In this document: positions 19,296-28,780 of the stretch, piece after piece
Layout of the letters: each line of letters opens with the position of its first letter
Numbering within the stretch: the stretch's first letter is position 1
NCBI GenBank assembly: GCA_964597545.1
Contig: CAZQXN010000004.1
Span: 6,683 to 70,682, forward strand
Length of the DNA: 64,000 bases
DNA from: an uncultured Planctomycetia bacterium
GTDB lineage: Bacteria; Omnitrophota; Gorgyraeia; 1-14-0-20-64-10
Direction of reading: 5' to 3'
Position numbers and translations under genes: made by a program
Notes under the pieces: model-generated
Database searches by the model: none
Told to the model about the DNA's origin: nothing
The model's input: the letters and a program-made list of their open reading frames with translations, nothing else

Positions 19296-20723
19296 ATGGT
19301 TTCTTCTGATTTACAGACTCGTTACCTCAAGGCACAATTGGCCTTTCTGGATGGCCAGATGCTTATGGACCCCAGCGTCAATGATCAAGTCGGATTTGAT
19401 TTTCAAGGTCTAAGGCGCAGCTACTTTGATGACCCAAAGCACGGGCAGTCCAAGTTTGTCGCGCACTCAGGGCGTGTCTGGATCTATGACGTGGCCCTAT
19501 CGATCTACGCAGACCTTAAATCCAAACGGTTCCAGCAGGCTGTCCATCAGGCTGATCGGGTGGTCCAGCTGGCGCAGAGGGAAGAGGAGCGAGGTTTCCA
19601 GGGGCTGTGGCACTTTTCCTACAACACGAAAGAGGACAGCTTCATCGATCCGCGTGGGCCCACCGGCGCCAATGCCTGGTGCTTGAATGCCCTCTACGCC
19701 TGCGCGCTGGAACGCGGGGATAGGGCGCTGTTGGCTTGGCTGAACCAGAAGGTAGAGAGCTACCTCTTTGGCGAGCAGGTGATCAACCGCAAAGATCCAC
19801 GCCACGGCCTCATTCGATCTGGGCGCTACAACGCCGATGACCTCGCTCGGGAAGATTCCATGGGATATGACGTGTACAGAGGAGACCTGAATCATTCCTA
19901 CGAACACGTTATTTTGGAACATTGCGCCGATGCTGCCGGAACATTCCGGCTGGCCTTCCGGGCCAACCGGCGGTTGGATCCAAAGAACAAACCGTTTCTC
20001 GAGATCCTCATCGAGCGTCATGACTGGCTCATTCAGGGGATGCGGCGCTGTTTCTGGCAGGGGGATCATTTTGTTTCTGCCCTGGATGGCCAAGGGCAAT
20101 TGTACCGGGGAAGAGACGGTCAGCCCAGCGTTGCCGTGGACAACAACACCTGGTCAGCCCACATCTTTGTGCCCTATGACTTAGAGCTAGCCCGTTCGGC
20201 AGCTCGCTACGTGGAGGATCGGTTCATCACCCAGGTCCCTCCGGCTATGCTGGAAGATCTTCCATCTGACTCCACGCAGGCAGGTTCCGTGCAGGAGGGG
20301 CTGGAGGGGTTGTATTACTTCCCGGACACCTTTGCCGATCCCTTTGTCCAGATTCCTGACCAGAGACGTGAAAAAGTAGAAAAACTTCTCCACCCGGAGG
20401 CTGCCTTGGGGTTTGTTCTGTTCCTCCTCGGTTTGGCCGATCACCTCTCGGGTTCGGAGCAAGAACGCTTGCGCCAACGAGCACTGAAGCTCTACGAGGA
20501 TACCGCCAATCTCCAGGGACTCTACGGTGCGCACGCCGCCCCTTACGCAAGCGTCAACATTCCTCCGATCTTCTCCACCCTCCACTCTGTGACGACGGCT
20601 GCATGCGGAGTGATTACCACTAGGATCCTGCAGGGGGCACCCAGCGATGATTTCATCGGGGTGATGCCGCCCAAGGAGATGACAGTTGCAGGTCAAGCGC
20701 CTGCCCGCTCCATTGATGACTAG
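19296..20723 (+). CDS. Hypothetical protein, possibly (alpha/alpha)6 toroid/six-hairpin glycosidase-like
   Basis: 475-aa ORF with an AAGGAG RBS; WIYDVAL motif and helical character. It overlaps the bioD start. The fold guess is weak. Confidence 0.55.
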   Translation: MVSSDLQTRYLKAQLAFLDGQMLMDPSVNDQVGFDFQGLRRSYFDDPKHGQSKFVAHSGRVWIYDVALSIYADLKSKRFQQAVHQADRVVQLAQREEERGFQGLWHFSYNTKEDSFIDPRGPTGANAWCLNALYACALERGDRALLAWLNQKVESYLFGEQVINRKDPRHGLIRSGRYNADDLAREDSMGYDVYRGDLNHSYEHVILEHCADAAGTFRLAFRANRRLDPKNKPFLEILIERHDWLIQGMRRCFWQGDHFVSALDGQGQLYRGRDGQPSVAVDNNTWSAHIFVPYDLELARSAARYVEDRFITQVPPAMLEDLPSDSTQAGSVQEGLEGLYYFPDTFADPFVQIPDQRREKVEKLLHPEAALGFVLFLLGLADHLSGSEQERLRQRALKLYEDTANLQGLYGAHAAPYASVNIPPIFSTLHSVTTAACGVITTRILQGAPSDDFIGVMPPKEMTVAGQAPARSIDD

Positions 20724-22827
20724 AGGTCTTTTTGTTACCGGTACCGGAACAGAGGTAGGAAAAACCGTTGTAACGGCGGCCCTGGCCCATGCCTTCCTTA
20801 GACAGGGAGTGAATGTTGGGGTTGTCAAGCCTATAGCGACCGGCTGCCAGCGGCGCGGCGGCAAACTTATCTCATCGGATGCCGAGAAGCTTCTCCGGGC
20901 AAGCGGCGCTGGGGACCCCACGGAATGGGTCTGTCCCTATCGCTTCAGGCCTCCGGTTGCTCCTTCAGTTGCGGCAGGCAAACAGGGCATCTCCTTCTCT
21001 CGAATCGATCAGGCCATGGAGCGCTTGAGCAGCCGCCATGATCTTCTTTTGGTTGAGGGGATCGGCGGGCTTCTGGTGCCCCTGGATGCCCGCCGCACCG
21101 TTGTGGATCTGGCAGCGCACCTGAAGCTTCCCCTGCTTGTGGTGGCCCATGCGGGGCTAGGGACCCTGAATCATACCCTCCTTACCCTTGAGGCGGCTCG
21201 ATCCAGGAACCTTGAAGTAGCTGGCATTGTCTTGAATCAGCGCAGTCCCACTCCCTCTCTGGCAGAGCAGACCAATCCAGCGGTATTGCGCAAATTGGGT
21301 CAGGTGCCGGTTCTAGGGGTAATCCCTCACCTGAGATTCCCCTCCCCAGAGCAGGTAGCCGGCTACCTTAAGGCCAAAAAGATCTTTCAGAAAATCGGTA
21401 CCAGGTACCAAACCCAAACCCCTTGTACAAAAGGGTCAGACCCTTTCGTACAGCGCCTACGGAGCGGTCACGTACGAAAAGTTCAGACCCTGAGCCATCG
21501 GTACCTGGTACCAAAGGCCGTACCAAAGGCTCAAGCGAAGCGTTTGATCCAGAGCGACCGCAAGCGGCTGTGGCACCCCTTTACCCAGATGCAGGATTGG
21601 GAAAAGGAGGAGTCGCTGATCATCCGCTCTGCCCGCGGGGTGTGGCTTACCGACATCCACGGCCGTCGCTATCTCGATGGTGTCTCCTCCCTCTGGGTCA
21701 ATCTCCACGGCCACCGCCATCCGGCCCTGGACCAGGCCTTAAAACAGCAGGTTGATCGAGTGGCCCACTCCACCCTTTTGGGGGCAGCCAACATTCCCTC
21801 CATCGAGCTGGCAGAGGAGATCTTGCGGGTGGCCCCCAAGAATCTCACACGCGTTTTCTACTCCGACAGCGGCTCTACTGCTGTTGAAATTGCACTCAAG
21901 ATGGCTTTTCAGTACTGGCAGCAAAACGGCCGCCCGCGCCGCCGTCGCTTTGTCCACTTTGTCGATGCCTACCATGGGGATACGGTGGGCTCTGTCTCGG
22001 TCGGCGGGATCGACCTGTTTCATCAGGTGTACAAGCCCCTGCTCTTTAAGGGGTTCAAGGTTCCCTTGAACAAGATTAAGCCCTTTGAGGAGACCCTGCG
22101 CAAGCACCACCCCGAGATTGCCGGTGTCGTGGTAGAGCCCTTGGTGCAAGGGGCGGCTGGGATGGCGACCCAACCCAAAGGGTGGCTCAAGCAGGTAGAA
22201 AGGCTCTGCCGCCGCTACGGACTGCTGCTGATTGCTGATGAGGTGGCAGTAGGTTTCGGGAGAACCGGCACGATGTTTGCCTGCGAGCAGGAGAAGGTGC
22301 GTCCAGATCTGCTCTGTTTGGCCAAGGGGTTAAGCGGCGGCTACCTTCCTCTGGCGGCGACCCTGGCCTCTGAGCGAATTTACAAAGGGTTTTTGGGCTC
22401 CTATGCCTCCAAGCGGACCTTTTTTCATGGGCACAGCTACACCGGAAATCCCTTGGCCTGCGCGGTTGCTTTAGAGAGCCTGCGTCTTTTCCGCCGCGAG
22501 AAGGTGCTGCAGAGACTTAAGCCTAAAATCCGGCTCTTTACACAGGAGCTCAAACGCTTCTGGGAACTTCCCCATGTAGGAGATGTGCGCCAGCAGGGGC
22601 TGATGGCTGGCATCGAGCTAACCCAAGATAAAGCAAAAGGCACCCCTTATCCCTGGGAAACCAAGATGGGGATTCAAGTCTGCAGTGCGCTCAGAGCCGA
22701 GGGCATTCTCTTGAGACCCCTGGGCAACGTGGTGGTGCTCATGCCCCCTCTGGTCATCTCCCGAGAGGAGCTTAACTTTCTTTGCCGCAAGACCTATACT
22801 GCTGTGGATCGAGTGACTGGCATTTGA
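20716..22827 (+). CDS. bioDA: Fused dethiobiotin synthase / DAPA aminotransferase (BioD-BioA)
   Basis: N-terminal FVTGTGTEVGKT, VKPIATG, VEGIGG and LGTLNHTLL (BioD). C-terminal WHPFTQM, DSGSTAVEIALK, YHGDT, DEVAVGFGRTG, AKGLSGG and HGHSYTGNP (BioA). One uninterrupted frame. Confidence 0.92.
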   Translation: MTRGLFVTGTGTEVGKTVVTAALAHAFLRQGVNVGVVKPIATGCQRRGGKLISSDAEKLLRASGAGDPTEWVCPYRFRPPVAPSVAAGKQGISFSRIDQAMERLSSRHDLLLVEGIGGLLVPLDARRTVVDLAAHLKLPLLVVAHAGLGTLNHTLLTLEAARSRNLEVAGIVLNQRSPTPSLAEQTNPAVLRKLGQVPVLGVIPHLRFPSPEQVAGYLKAKKIFQKIGTRYQTQTPCTKGSDPFVQRLRSGHVRKVQTLSHRYLVPKAVPKAQAKRLIQSDRKRLWHPFTQMQDWEKEESLIIRSARGVWLTDIHGRRYLDGVSSLWVNLHGHRHPALDQALKQQVDRVAHSTLLGAANIPSIELAEEILRVAPKNLTRVFYSDSGSTAVEIALKMAFQYWQQNGRPRRRRFVHFVDAYHGDTVGSVSVGGIDLFHQVYKPLLFKGFKVPLNKIKPFEETLRKHHPEIAGVVVEPLVQGAAGMATQPKGWLKQVERLCRRYGLLLIADEVAVGFGRTGTMFACEQEKVRPDLLCLAKGLSGGYLPLAATLASERIYKGFLGSYASKRTFFHGHSYTGNPLACAVALESLRLFRREKVLQRLKPKIRLFTQELKRFWELPHVGDVRQQGLMAGIELTQDKAKGTPYPWETKMGIQVCSALRAEGILLRPLGNVVVLMPPLVISREELNFLCRKTYTAVDRVTGI
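21391..21525. repeat. GGTACC(A/T)GGTACC / GGGTCAGACCC composite REP-like element in the BioD-BioA linker
   Basis: ggtaccaggtacc (21397-21409), aaagggtcagacccttt (21430-21446) and ggtacctggtacc (21500-21512). 21391-21416 is identical to 63629-63654. Confidence 0.8.
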
Positions 22828-22903
22828 GAGCGACTCTCCTTTGAAGGAGGCCAAGTCAAAGGATCAGTTTTGTGGTAAGGTGAGGCGGTAAGATTAATCT
22901 CAA

Positions 22904-23308
22904 GTGTCTACGATTCGTTTTCCGTATAAACGCTACCGGGATCAAGCGGCACCCGTGATTCCCATCAGGGTGCTGGCTAACGGGCGCTGGCGCCGGGTTG
23001 TGGCCTACGTGGATTCAGGGGCAGCCTACAGTGTGCTGACCGTACGAGAGGCCAAGCGCCTGGGGCTGCTCAAGATCAAGGCCAGGCGGGTGGCGGTCAC
23101 CACCAGCGGAGGCCGCGCCAACAAGATCTCGCTTCACCGGCTGTGGGCGCGCCTAGGCAAGAAGCGCCTCTCAATTACCTTCGGAGTTCCTCGGGATTTT
23201 GATGTCGACTTTAACCTCCTTGGACGCAGGGACCTCTTTGGACGATTCGAAGTCTGCTTCAATGACGCCCAAAGCGTCCTTACCCTCATCGAACACCGAA
23301 AACAGTAA
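22904..23308 (+). CDS. Retropepsin-like (clan AA) aspartyl protease
   Basis: AYVDSGAAYSVL catalytic motif and C-terminal LLGRRDLF; 134 aa. Confidence 0.8.
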   Translation: MSTIRFPYKRYRDQAAPVIPIRVLANGRWRRVVAYVDSGAAYSVLTVREAKRLGLLKIKARRVAVTTSGGRANKISLHRLWARLGKKRLSITFGVPRDFDVDFNLLGRRDLFGRFEVCFNDAQSVLTLIEHRKQ

Positions 23309-24005
23309 AGAGGTTTTTGTCCACCGGCTGTTCGATGCGATTGCATCCAGGTATGATCTCTTCTGCCGGCTTTCCAGCTTTGGCCTAGACGCTTCTTTGC
23401 GCCGCAGGACTGTCCAAAGTTTGCGTTTGGCCCCTGGGATGCGGGTGCTGGATTCGGCCAGCGGCAGCGGCGGCTTGGCGATTGAGGCAGTCCGGGAGAT
23501 TCTGCCCTTAGGTCAGGTCATCGCCAGTGACCTCTCCGCTCCCATGCTGGCTCAGGCCCGCCGCAGGCTTGCTCGCCACCCCGTGGCCGGCTGGCATATC
23601 CAGATGAGCTTAAACCGCGCTGAGGTGCTGTCATTTAAGACAGGCTCCTTTGATGCGGCCGCCATGGGGTTTGCGCTGCGCAATGTCTCTGATCTTAAGA
23701 ACACCTTCCAGGAGTTGGCTCGAGTGATTCGCCCGGGAGGGCGGGTGGGATTGCTGGAGTTTTCCAGGCCCCAGCATCCGGTGCTGCGCTGGGGGTTTAA
23801 GCTGTGGCTGACGGTTGTCAGCCCCCTCCTGGGCATTCTTTCCACCGGAAAGCTCTGGCCCTTCCTGTATCTGCGCCGCTCTGTCCTACAGTTTATTCCC
23901 TCAGAAGAGGTCATCCGGTGCCTGGAGGGGGCCGGTTTTCAAGAGGTGCGCAAGGCCGCTCTCGCCGGAGGGTGTGTCGCGCTGTATCAGGGGGTGAGGA
24001 GCTGA
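23262..24005 (+). CDS. menG: UbiE/MenG demethylmenaquinone methyltransferase
   Basis: FDAIASRYD, VLDSASGSG, FALRNV and PGGRVGLLEFSRP. The start is uncertain. Confidence 0.85.
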   Translation: MTPKASLPSSNTENSKEVFVHRLFDAIASRYDLFCRLSSFGLDASLRRRTVQSLRLAPGMRVLDSASGSGGLAIEAVREILPLGQVIASDLSAPMLAQARRRLARHPVAGWHIQMSLNRAEVLSFKTGSFDAAAMGFALRNVSDLKNTFQELARVIRPGGRVGLLEFSRPQHPVLRWGFKLWLTVVSPLLGILSTGKLWPFLYLRRSVLQFIPSEEVIRCLEGAGFQEVRKAALAGGCVALYQGVRS

Positions 24006-25489
24006 TGGCTTGGCGCAATCTTCAGGCCTTTATGACTGCCCTGGAAAAATCAGGCCAGCTCAAGCGCATTCACGCTCAAGTCGATCCCCACCTTGAGATC
24101 ACTGAGATTGCCGACCGCGTTATGAAGCAGGGGGGGCCGACCTTGCTCTTTGAGCAGGTCAAGGGCTCTGTGATCCCCTTGGTGATCAATTGCTTTGGTA
24201 CCGAAGATCGTATGGCCTCAGCGCTCGGGGTGAAGCGTTTGGATGAAGTGGCCGAACGCCTCCAGTCTCTCCTGGAGGTCCCTGCAGGAGGGAGTCTTAA
24301 AGAGAAGCTCAAGCTTATTCCAAAGCTGGCCGAGGCTGCGCAGTTTCCTCCCAAGGTTGTTTCCAAGGCACCCTGCCAAGAGGTGGTGGTCACTCAGAGT
24401 CCCTCGCTCTCGAGCTTGCCGATTCTCCAGTGCTGGCCGCATGATGCCGGCCGCTACATTACCTTTGGAAGTGTTATTACCCGTGACCCCATCACACACA
24501 GGCGCAATGTGGGTCTGTACCGGCTTCAGGTGGTGGATGATCAGACTCTGCTCATGCACTGGCAGATTCACAAGGATGCAGCCGAGCATTACCGAAAACA
24601 AAGAGCTGCCTCCGACACACCTTCAAGCAGCCATTCCCACGGCACCCCCCCTGCCGCCATGCCGGTGGCAATCGCTATTGGGGCAGATCCTGCCACCCTG
24701 TATGCTGCCTCTGCCCCCTTGCCTGAGGGAATCGATGAGCTGCTCTTTGCCGGTTTCTTGCGCAAGGAAGCTGTCCCTGTGGTCAAGGGGGTAACCGTTG
24801 ATCTGGAGGTTCCGGCAGAGGCAGAGATTGTGATTGAAGGCTTCGTGGATCTGGACGCGGCCCCGCAGATGGAGGGGCCCTTTGGGGATCACACCGGTTA
24901 CTACTCTTTACCCGAGCCTTATCCGGCCATGAAGGTGACCGCCATCACCCACCGCAAAGCCCCGATCTATTTGACCACGATCGTGGGTCGCCCCCCCATG
25001 GAGGACCTGTGGCTCGGCAAGGCCACCGAGAGGATATTCTTACCCCTCATCCGGAAGATAGTGCCGGAGATTGTGGACATGAATTTTCCGGCCGAAGGGG
25101 TCTTCAACAATGCGGTCATTGTCTCCGTAAAGAAATCCTTCCCCGGCCAGGGGCGCAAGGTGGCCCATGCCCTCTGGGGATTGGGGCAGATGAGCTTCAC
25201 CAAGGTGCTGATTTTGGTGGATGAATGGGTCAATGTCCAGGATGTGAGCGAAGTCGCTTGGGTGGTTTTCATGAATACCGATCCCAAGCGGGACTGCTTT
25301 TTTGTGGAAGGGTCGGTCGATACCCTCAACCACGCTTCTCCGCAGTTTAATTACGGCTCCAAGATGGGGATTGATGCGACCGGCAAGCTTCCCGGAGAGG
25401 GCCACCCACGCCCCTGGCCGGAGGCGATTGCGATGTCCCCTAAGATCCAGGAGCAGGTAAGCCGTCGCTGGGCTGAGTATGGTCTGTAG
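24005..25489 (+). CDS. ubiD: UbiD-family menaquinone biosynthesis decarboxylase
   Basis: LEITEIADRV, RNVGLYR, EGPFGDHTGYYS, GRPPMED and GSKMGIDAT. Lies in the futalosine cluster. Confidence 0.93.
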   Translation: MAWRNLQAFMTALEKSGQLKRIHAQVDPHLEITEIADRVMKQGGPTLLFEQVKGSVIPLVINCFGTEDRMASALGVKRLDEVAERLQSLLEVPAGGSLKEKLKLIPKLAEAAQFPPKVVSKAPCQEVVVTQSPSLSSLPILQCWPHDAGRYITFGSVITRDPITHRRNVGLYRLQVVDDQTLLMHWQIHKDAAEHYRKQRAASDTPSSSHSHGTPPAAMPVAIAIGADPATLYAASAPLPEGIDELLFAGFLRKEAVPVVKGVTVDLEVPAEAEIVIEGFVDLDAAPQMEGPFGDHTGYYSLPEPYPAMKVTAITHRKAPIYLTTIVGRPPMEDLWLGKATERIFLPLIRKIVPEIVDMNFPAEGVFNNAVIVSVKKSFPGQGRKVAHALWGLGQMSFTKVLILVDEWVNVQDVSEVAWVVFMNTDPKRDCFFVEGSVDTLNHASPQFNYGSKMGIDATGKLPGEGHPRPWPEAIAMSPKIQEQVSRRWAEYGL

Positions 25490-25522
25490 CGTTAGGAGTT
25501 ATCAAGATTTAGATATGCAACA

Positions 25523-25552
25523 TTGACATTTTTAGCTTTGAGCAGGTATAAT
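25523..25552 (+). promoter_or_regulatory. Consensus sigma70 promoter
   Basis: TTGACA-18 nt-TATAAT. Confidence 0.6.
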
Positions 25553-25705
25553 TGCTATGGTAAAGGAAACCAATCGATGGAAAATAAAGGACATTACCCT
25601 CCAAAAAAGAAAGGGTTGGAAGCTTCTTGGATCTGCCCTGAGTGCATGCGTCTGGTAGGGGTGACGCTGTGCGATCCTCCCTCCTATGTGCGGCGTCTGC
25701 GTAGA

Positions 25706-25951
25706 ATGGAAAAGAATTTTTTCTCTAGAATATTGGCACTTTTCATATTACTACCATTAAGTTTCTTTGCCACTGTCTTCTTTGTGCAGCAGTCGGATAC
25801 AAGGATTCTTCCTGCGACCTCCTCCTCGACGATTCGGCAGCAAAACCCTGCAGACTCTGAGGAGCTGTTGGATTCTTTGCATGAGGATTTGCTTAAGGAG
25901 CCCGAGGAGCAGGATCTATCAGAGGAGCCTCCTGCCAAAGTTTCGGTTTAA
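25706..25951 (+). CDS. Small single-TM protein with acidic tail
   Basis: Hydrophobic stretch ILALFILLPLSFFATVFFV followed by an E/D-rich tail. The start may be further upstream (25577). Confidence 0.45.
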   Translation: MEKNFFSRILALFILLPLSFFATVFFVQQSDTRILPATSSSTIRQQNPADSEELLDSLHEDLLKEPEEQDLSEEPPAKVSV

Positions 25952-26041
25952 GGGTTGAGCGCTAAGGGGGTGACCCCCTTAGCCGCTTAAGCACCGCCTG
26001 CGCCTCTCGCCTCCAAGAGGCGCTTTTGCTATACTCGCGAC

Positions 26042-26923
26042 ATGCCTCGCTTCCCTTTAAGCTGGTTTCGCGACTGCTCCCAGGCGCTCAAGCTCGAGCA
26101 CACAGTCTTTGCGCTCCCCTTTGCTTATCTGGCCCTTTGGGTTGCCGCCGAGGGAAGCCCCAGCTGGGCAGTGGTCGGATGGGTCACCCTCGCTGTAATC
26201 GCAGCTCGCACCGCAGGGATGTGCCTCAACCGCGTTATCGACCTTCCCATGGACCGGATCAACCCCAGGACAAAGGAGTGGCCGGTTTCCTCCGGAAGAA
26301 TTTCCACGCGCTGGCTCTTAGCGCTGGCCGCCGTGGCTTGCGGACTTTTTTTCTTCTCGGCAGCACAGCTCAACCCCCTCTGCTTTAAGCTGGCTCCGGC
26401 GGCCCTCGTCCTTTTGGCCTTCTATCCGGCGACCAAGCGCTTCACCTGGAGCTGTCACTTTTGGCTGGGATTGGCCCTGGCCGCGGCTCCCCTGGGGGGA
26501 TGGTTTGCCGTTACCGGCAGATTGGAGGCGGCGGTGCTTCCCCTTGCCGTTGGGGTGCTCTTTTGGGTGGCTGGTTTTGATATCCTGTATGCCCTGCTCG
26601 ATCTTGACTTTGATCGGACGCACGGCGTATATTCGATTCCACAACGTTTTGGCCTTAAAAGATCCCTAACCCTCTCCGGCATATGCCACAGCTGTGCCCT
26701 GGCAGGCATTGGGTGGTTTGGGCTGGAGGCAGGTTTGGGTCTGTGGTTCTGGCTTGGCCTGGCAGGGGTGGCCGGGCTTCTCTTCTACGAACACCGTTTA
26801 GTTACACCGCAGCACTTGGATCGAATCAACCGAGCTTTTTTCGTTGTCAACGGATGGGTGAGCGTTACCCTGTTTGGATTCACGCTCCTCGATCTTAAAT
26901 TCCCTGGAATACCGACTGGATGA
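26042..26923 (+). CDS. ubiA: UbiA-family prenyltransferase (MqnP-like)
   Basis: EHTVFALPFAY, NRVID..MDRINPRT, KRFT..H and WVAGFDILYALLD; multiple TM helices. Confidence 0.92.
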   Translation: MPRFPLSWFRDCSQALKLEHTVFALPFAYLALWVAAEGSPSWAVVGWVTLAVIAARTAGMCLNRVIDLPMDRINPRTKEWPVSSGRISTRWLLALAAVACGLFFFSAAQLNPLCFKLAPAALVLLAFYPATKRFTWSCHFWLGLALAAAPLGGWFAVTGRLEAAVLPLAVGVLFWVAGFDILYALLDLDFDRTHGVYSIPQRFGLKRSLTLSGICHSCALAGIGWFGLEAGLGLWFWLGLAGVAGLLFYEHRLVTPQHLDRINRAFFVVNGWVSVTLFGFTLLDLKFPGIPTG

Positions 26924-27024
26924 CCCCGCCCCTGATCCACCCAGGCGTGGGTTGCGTATCACGCGCATTCGGAAGATCGCATGCTGAGGGTTGAGATGAA
27001 GACACTGTGGACTGGAGGGGCGGG

Positions 27025-27624
27025 GTGAAGCACCCCATTATTGCCATCACCGGCGCCTCCGGCACCTGCTATGCTGTCCGACTGCTGGAGGCATTGATTG
27101 CCCAGCGCCTAGAGCCCTATGTCATCATCTCCCAGGCTGGGCGGCAGGTCATGGGGTTGGAGCTGGGCACCACGGATCTTAAGGCGTTGCTGGGTTCTGA
27201 CGGCTGGCGCGAAGAAGCAGTGGAGGATTTGGGCTCCCCGTTGGCCAGCGGTTCCTTTCCAACCATGGGCATGGTGGTGGCGCCCTGTTCAACCGGAAGC
27301 TTGGGGGCGATGGCCAATGGCGTCAGCTCCAATCTGATTCACCGGGCTGCAGAGGTGACCTTGAAGGAAAGGCGCCGGCTCATTGTTGTCCCTCGAGAGA
27401 CCCCGGTGTCTCAGATTGCCCTCAAGAATCTACTCGCCCTCTCCCAGGCCGGCGCTGATATTGTTCCGGCCTGTCCGGGTTTCTACCACAACCCGAAGAC
27501 CATTCAGGATCTGGTAGATTTTGTGGTGGCCCGGATCCTGGATTTGATGCAAGTTCCGCACGAGCTTTCCCGGCGGTGGAGCGGTACACCCGCACCTGAA
27601 GATGCTCTCGACCGTCCAAGCTGA
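27025..27624 (+). CDS. ubiX: Flavin prenyltransferase
   Basis: AITGASG, ASGSF, PCSTG, RAAEVTLKERR and PRETP. Confidence 0.94.
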   Translation: MKHPIIAITGASGTCYAVRLLEALIAQRLEPYVIISQAGRQVMGLELGTTDLKALLGSDGWREEAVEDLGSPLASGSFPTMGMVVAPCSTGSLGAMANGVSSNLIHRAAEVTLKERRRLIVVPRETPVSQIALKNLLALSQAGADIVPACPGFYHNPKTIQDLVDFVVARILDLMQVPHELSRRWSGTPAPEDALDRPS

Positions 27625-28780
27625 CTTCTCTGAGATTGCCGAGAAGGTCGCAGCGGGTGAGCGCCTAGACCGCCAAGAGGGGATCCGCCTTTTCGAGGCC
27701 GACCTCTTTACTTTGGGTGCCCTGGCCACTGAAATCCGGGAGCGCCTGCACGGAGAGCGCGCCTACTACACCCACACCCTAGGGTTGACCTATTCCAATG
27801 CCTGCGTTCTTTCCTGCGGGATGTGCGCCTTCCACCGTTCGCCGGGTCATGCCGAGGCCTACACCCTTTCCCTGGAGCAGATAGAAAAGAAAACCCAGAC
27901 TGCGGCCCGGGCCGAGGTCCGCGAATTTCACATTACCGGCGCCTTGAATTCGCAGCTGCCCCTGGAATATTTTGTGGAGCTGTTTAGAACCTTAAAGCGT
28001 GCGGTGCCCACTGCGACCCTCAAGGCCTTTACCTCGGTTGAGATCGATTTCTTTTCCAAGCGTTTCGGTCTGTCGGTGGAGGAGCTTTTCACGCGCTTCA
28101 AGGCTGTTGGCATGGATTGTATGCCGGGCGGAGGAGCCGAGATCTTGTCCGAGCGGGCGCGCTCCCTCCTCTGTCCCCAGAAGATTTCAGGGGAGCGCTG
28201 GTTGGAGGTTCAGGCCCTTGCTCATGCCAGCGGCATCCCCACCAATGCCACCATGCTTTACGGCCATGTAGAGACGATCCCTGAACGGATTGACCACATG
28301 CTGGCCATCCGTGCCCTGCAGGATAAGACCGGTGGTATTCAAGCCTTTGTTCCCCTGAGCTATCATGCCGAGGGGACAGCCTTTGCGGATTTGGCCCCCA
28401 CCACCGGCATTGAGGATTTAAAGGTCTATGCGGTGTCCCGGCTCATGCTGGACAACGTCCCGCACATCAAGCTTCTCTGGACCTATGTGGGGATTAAGAT
28501 GATTCAGGCGGCGCTGGCCTTTGGTGTGGATGATGTGGGCTCCACACACCTGGAGGAGCGGATTGTCCGCGCCGCCGGAGCCAACCACTTTGATGCCCCC
28601 ACCGCGACAGAGTTGGCCCAGATGATTATCCAAGCTGGGCGCATTCCAAAACTGGTCGATTCACTCTACCGCAATGACTCATCGACTGTTGTCCCCGCAC
28701 GTCATCCCCGCGAAAGCGGGGATCAGATCCGTCCTCACGGAAGTGAGGATCAAATCGGGGATGACAGGAGGCCGCAATGA
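27602..28780 (+). CDS. mqnE: Aminofutalosine synthase (CofH-like radical SAM)
   Basis: CVLSCGMCAF, MPGGGAEI, NATMLYGHVE and RLMLDNVPHIK. Adjacent to mqnA and mqnC. Confidence 0.85.
   Translation: MLSTVQADFSEIAEKVAAGERLDRQEGIRLFEADLFTLGALATEIRERLHGERAYYTHTLGLTYSNACVLSCGMCAFHRSPGHAEAYTLSLEQIEKKTQTAARAEVREFHITGALNSQLPLEYFVELFRTLKRAVPTATLKAFTSVEIDFFSKRFGLSVEELFTRFKAVGMDCMPGGGAEILSERARSLLCPQKISGERWLEVQALAHASGIPTNATMLYGHVETIPERIDHMLAIRALQDKTGGIQAFVPLSYHAEGTAFADLAPTTGIEDLKVYAVSRLMLDNVPHIKLLWTYVGIKMIQAALAFGVDDVGSTHLEERIVRAAGANHFDAPTATELAQMIIQAGRIPKLVDSLYRNDSSTVVPARHPRESGDQIRPHGSEDQIGDDRRPQ
28701..28765. repeat. GTCATCCCCGCG-type palindromic repeat translated at the mqnE 3' end
   Basis: gtcatccccgcgaaagcggggat...cggggatgac encodes RHPRESGD...GDD. 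Confidence 0.7.

Noticed and set aside
24601-24660. Short in-frame loop insertions in UbiD (and in the polyprenyl synthase at about 30875-30945)
   Set aside because: No palindrome, repeat or intein motifs are visible; probably ordinary variable loops.
25960-25988. Hairpin gctaagggggtgacccccttagc as a terminator
   Set aside because: There is no U-tract. It is more likely a variant of the GGGTCAGACCC palindrome, but it is single and too uncertain to call.
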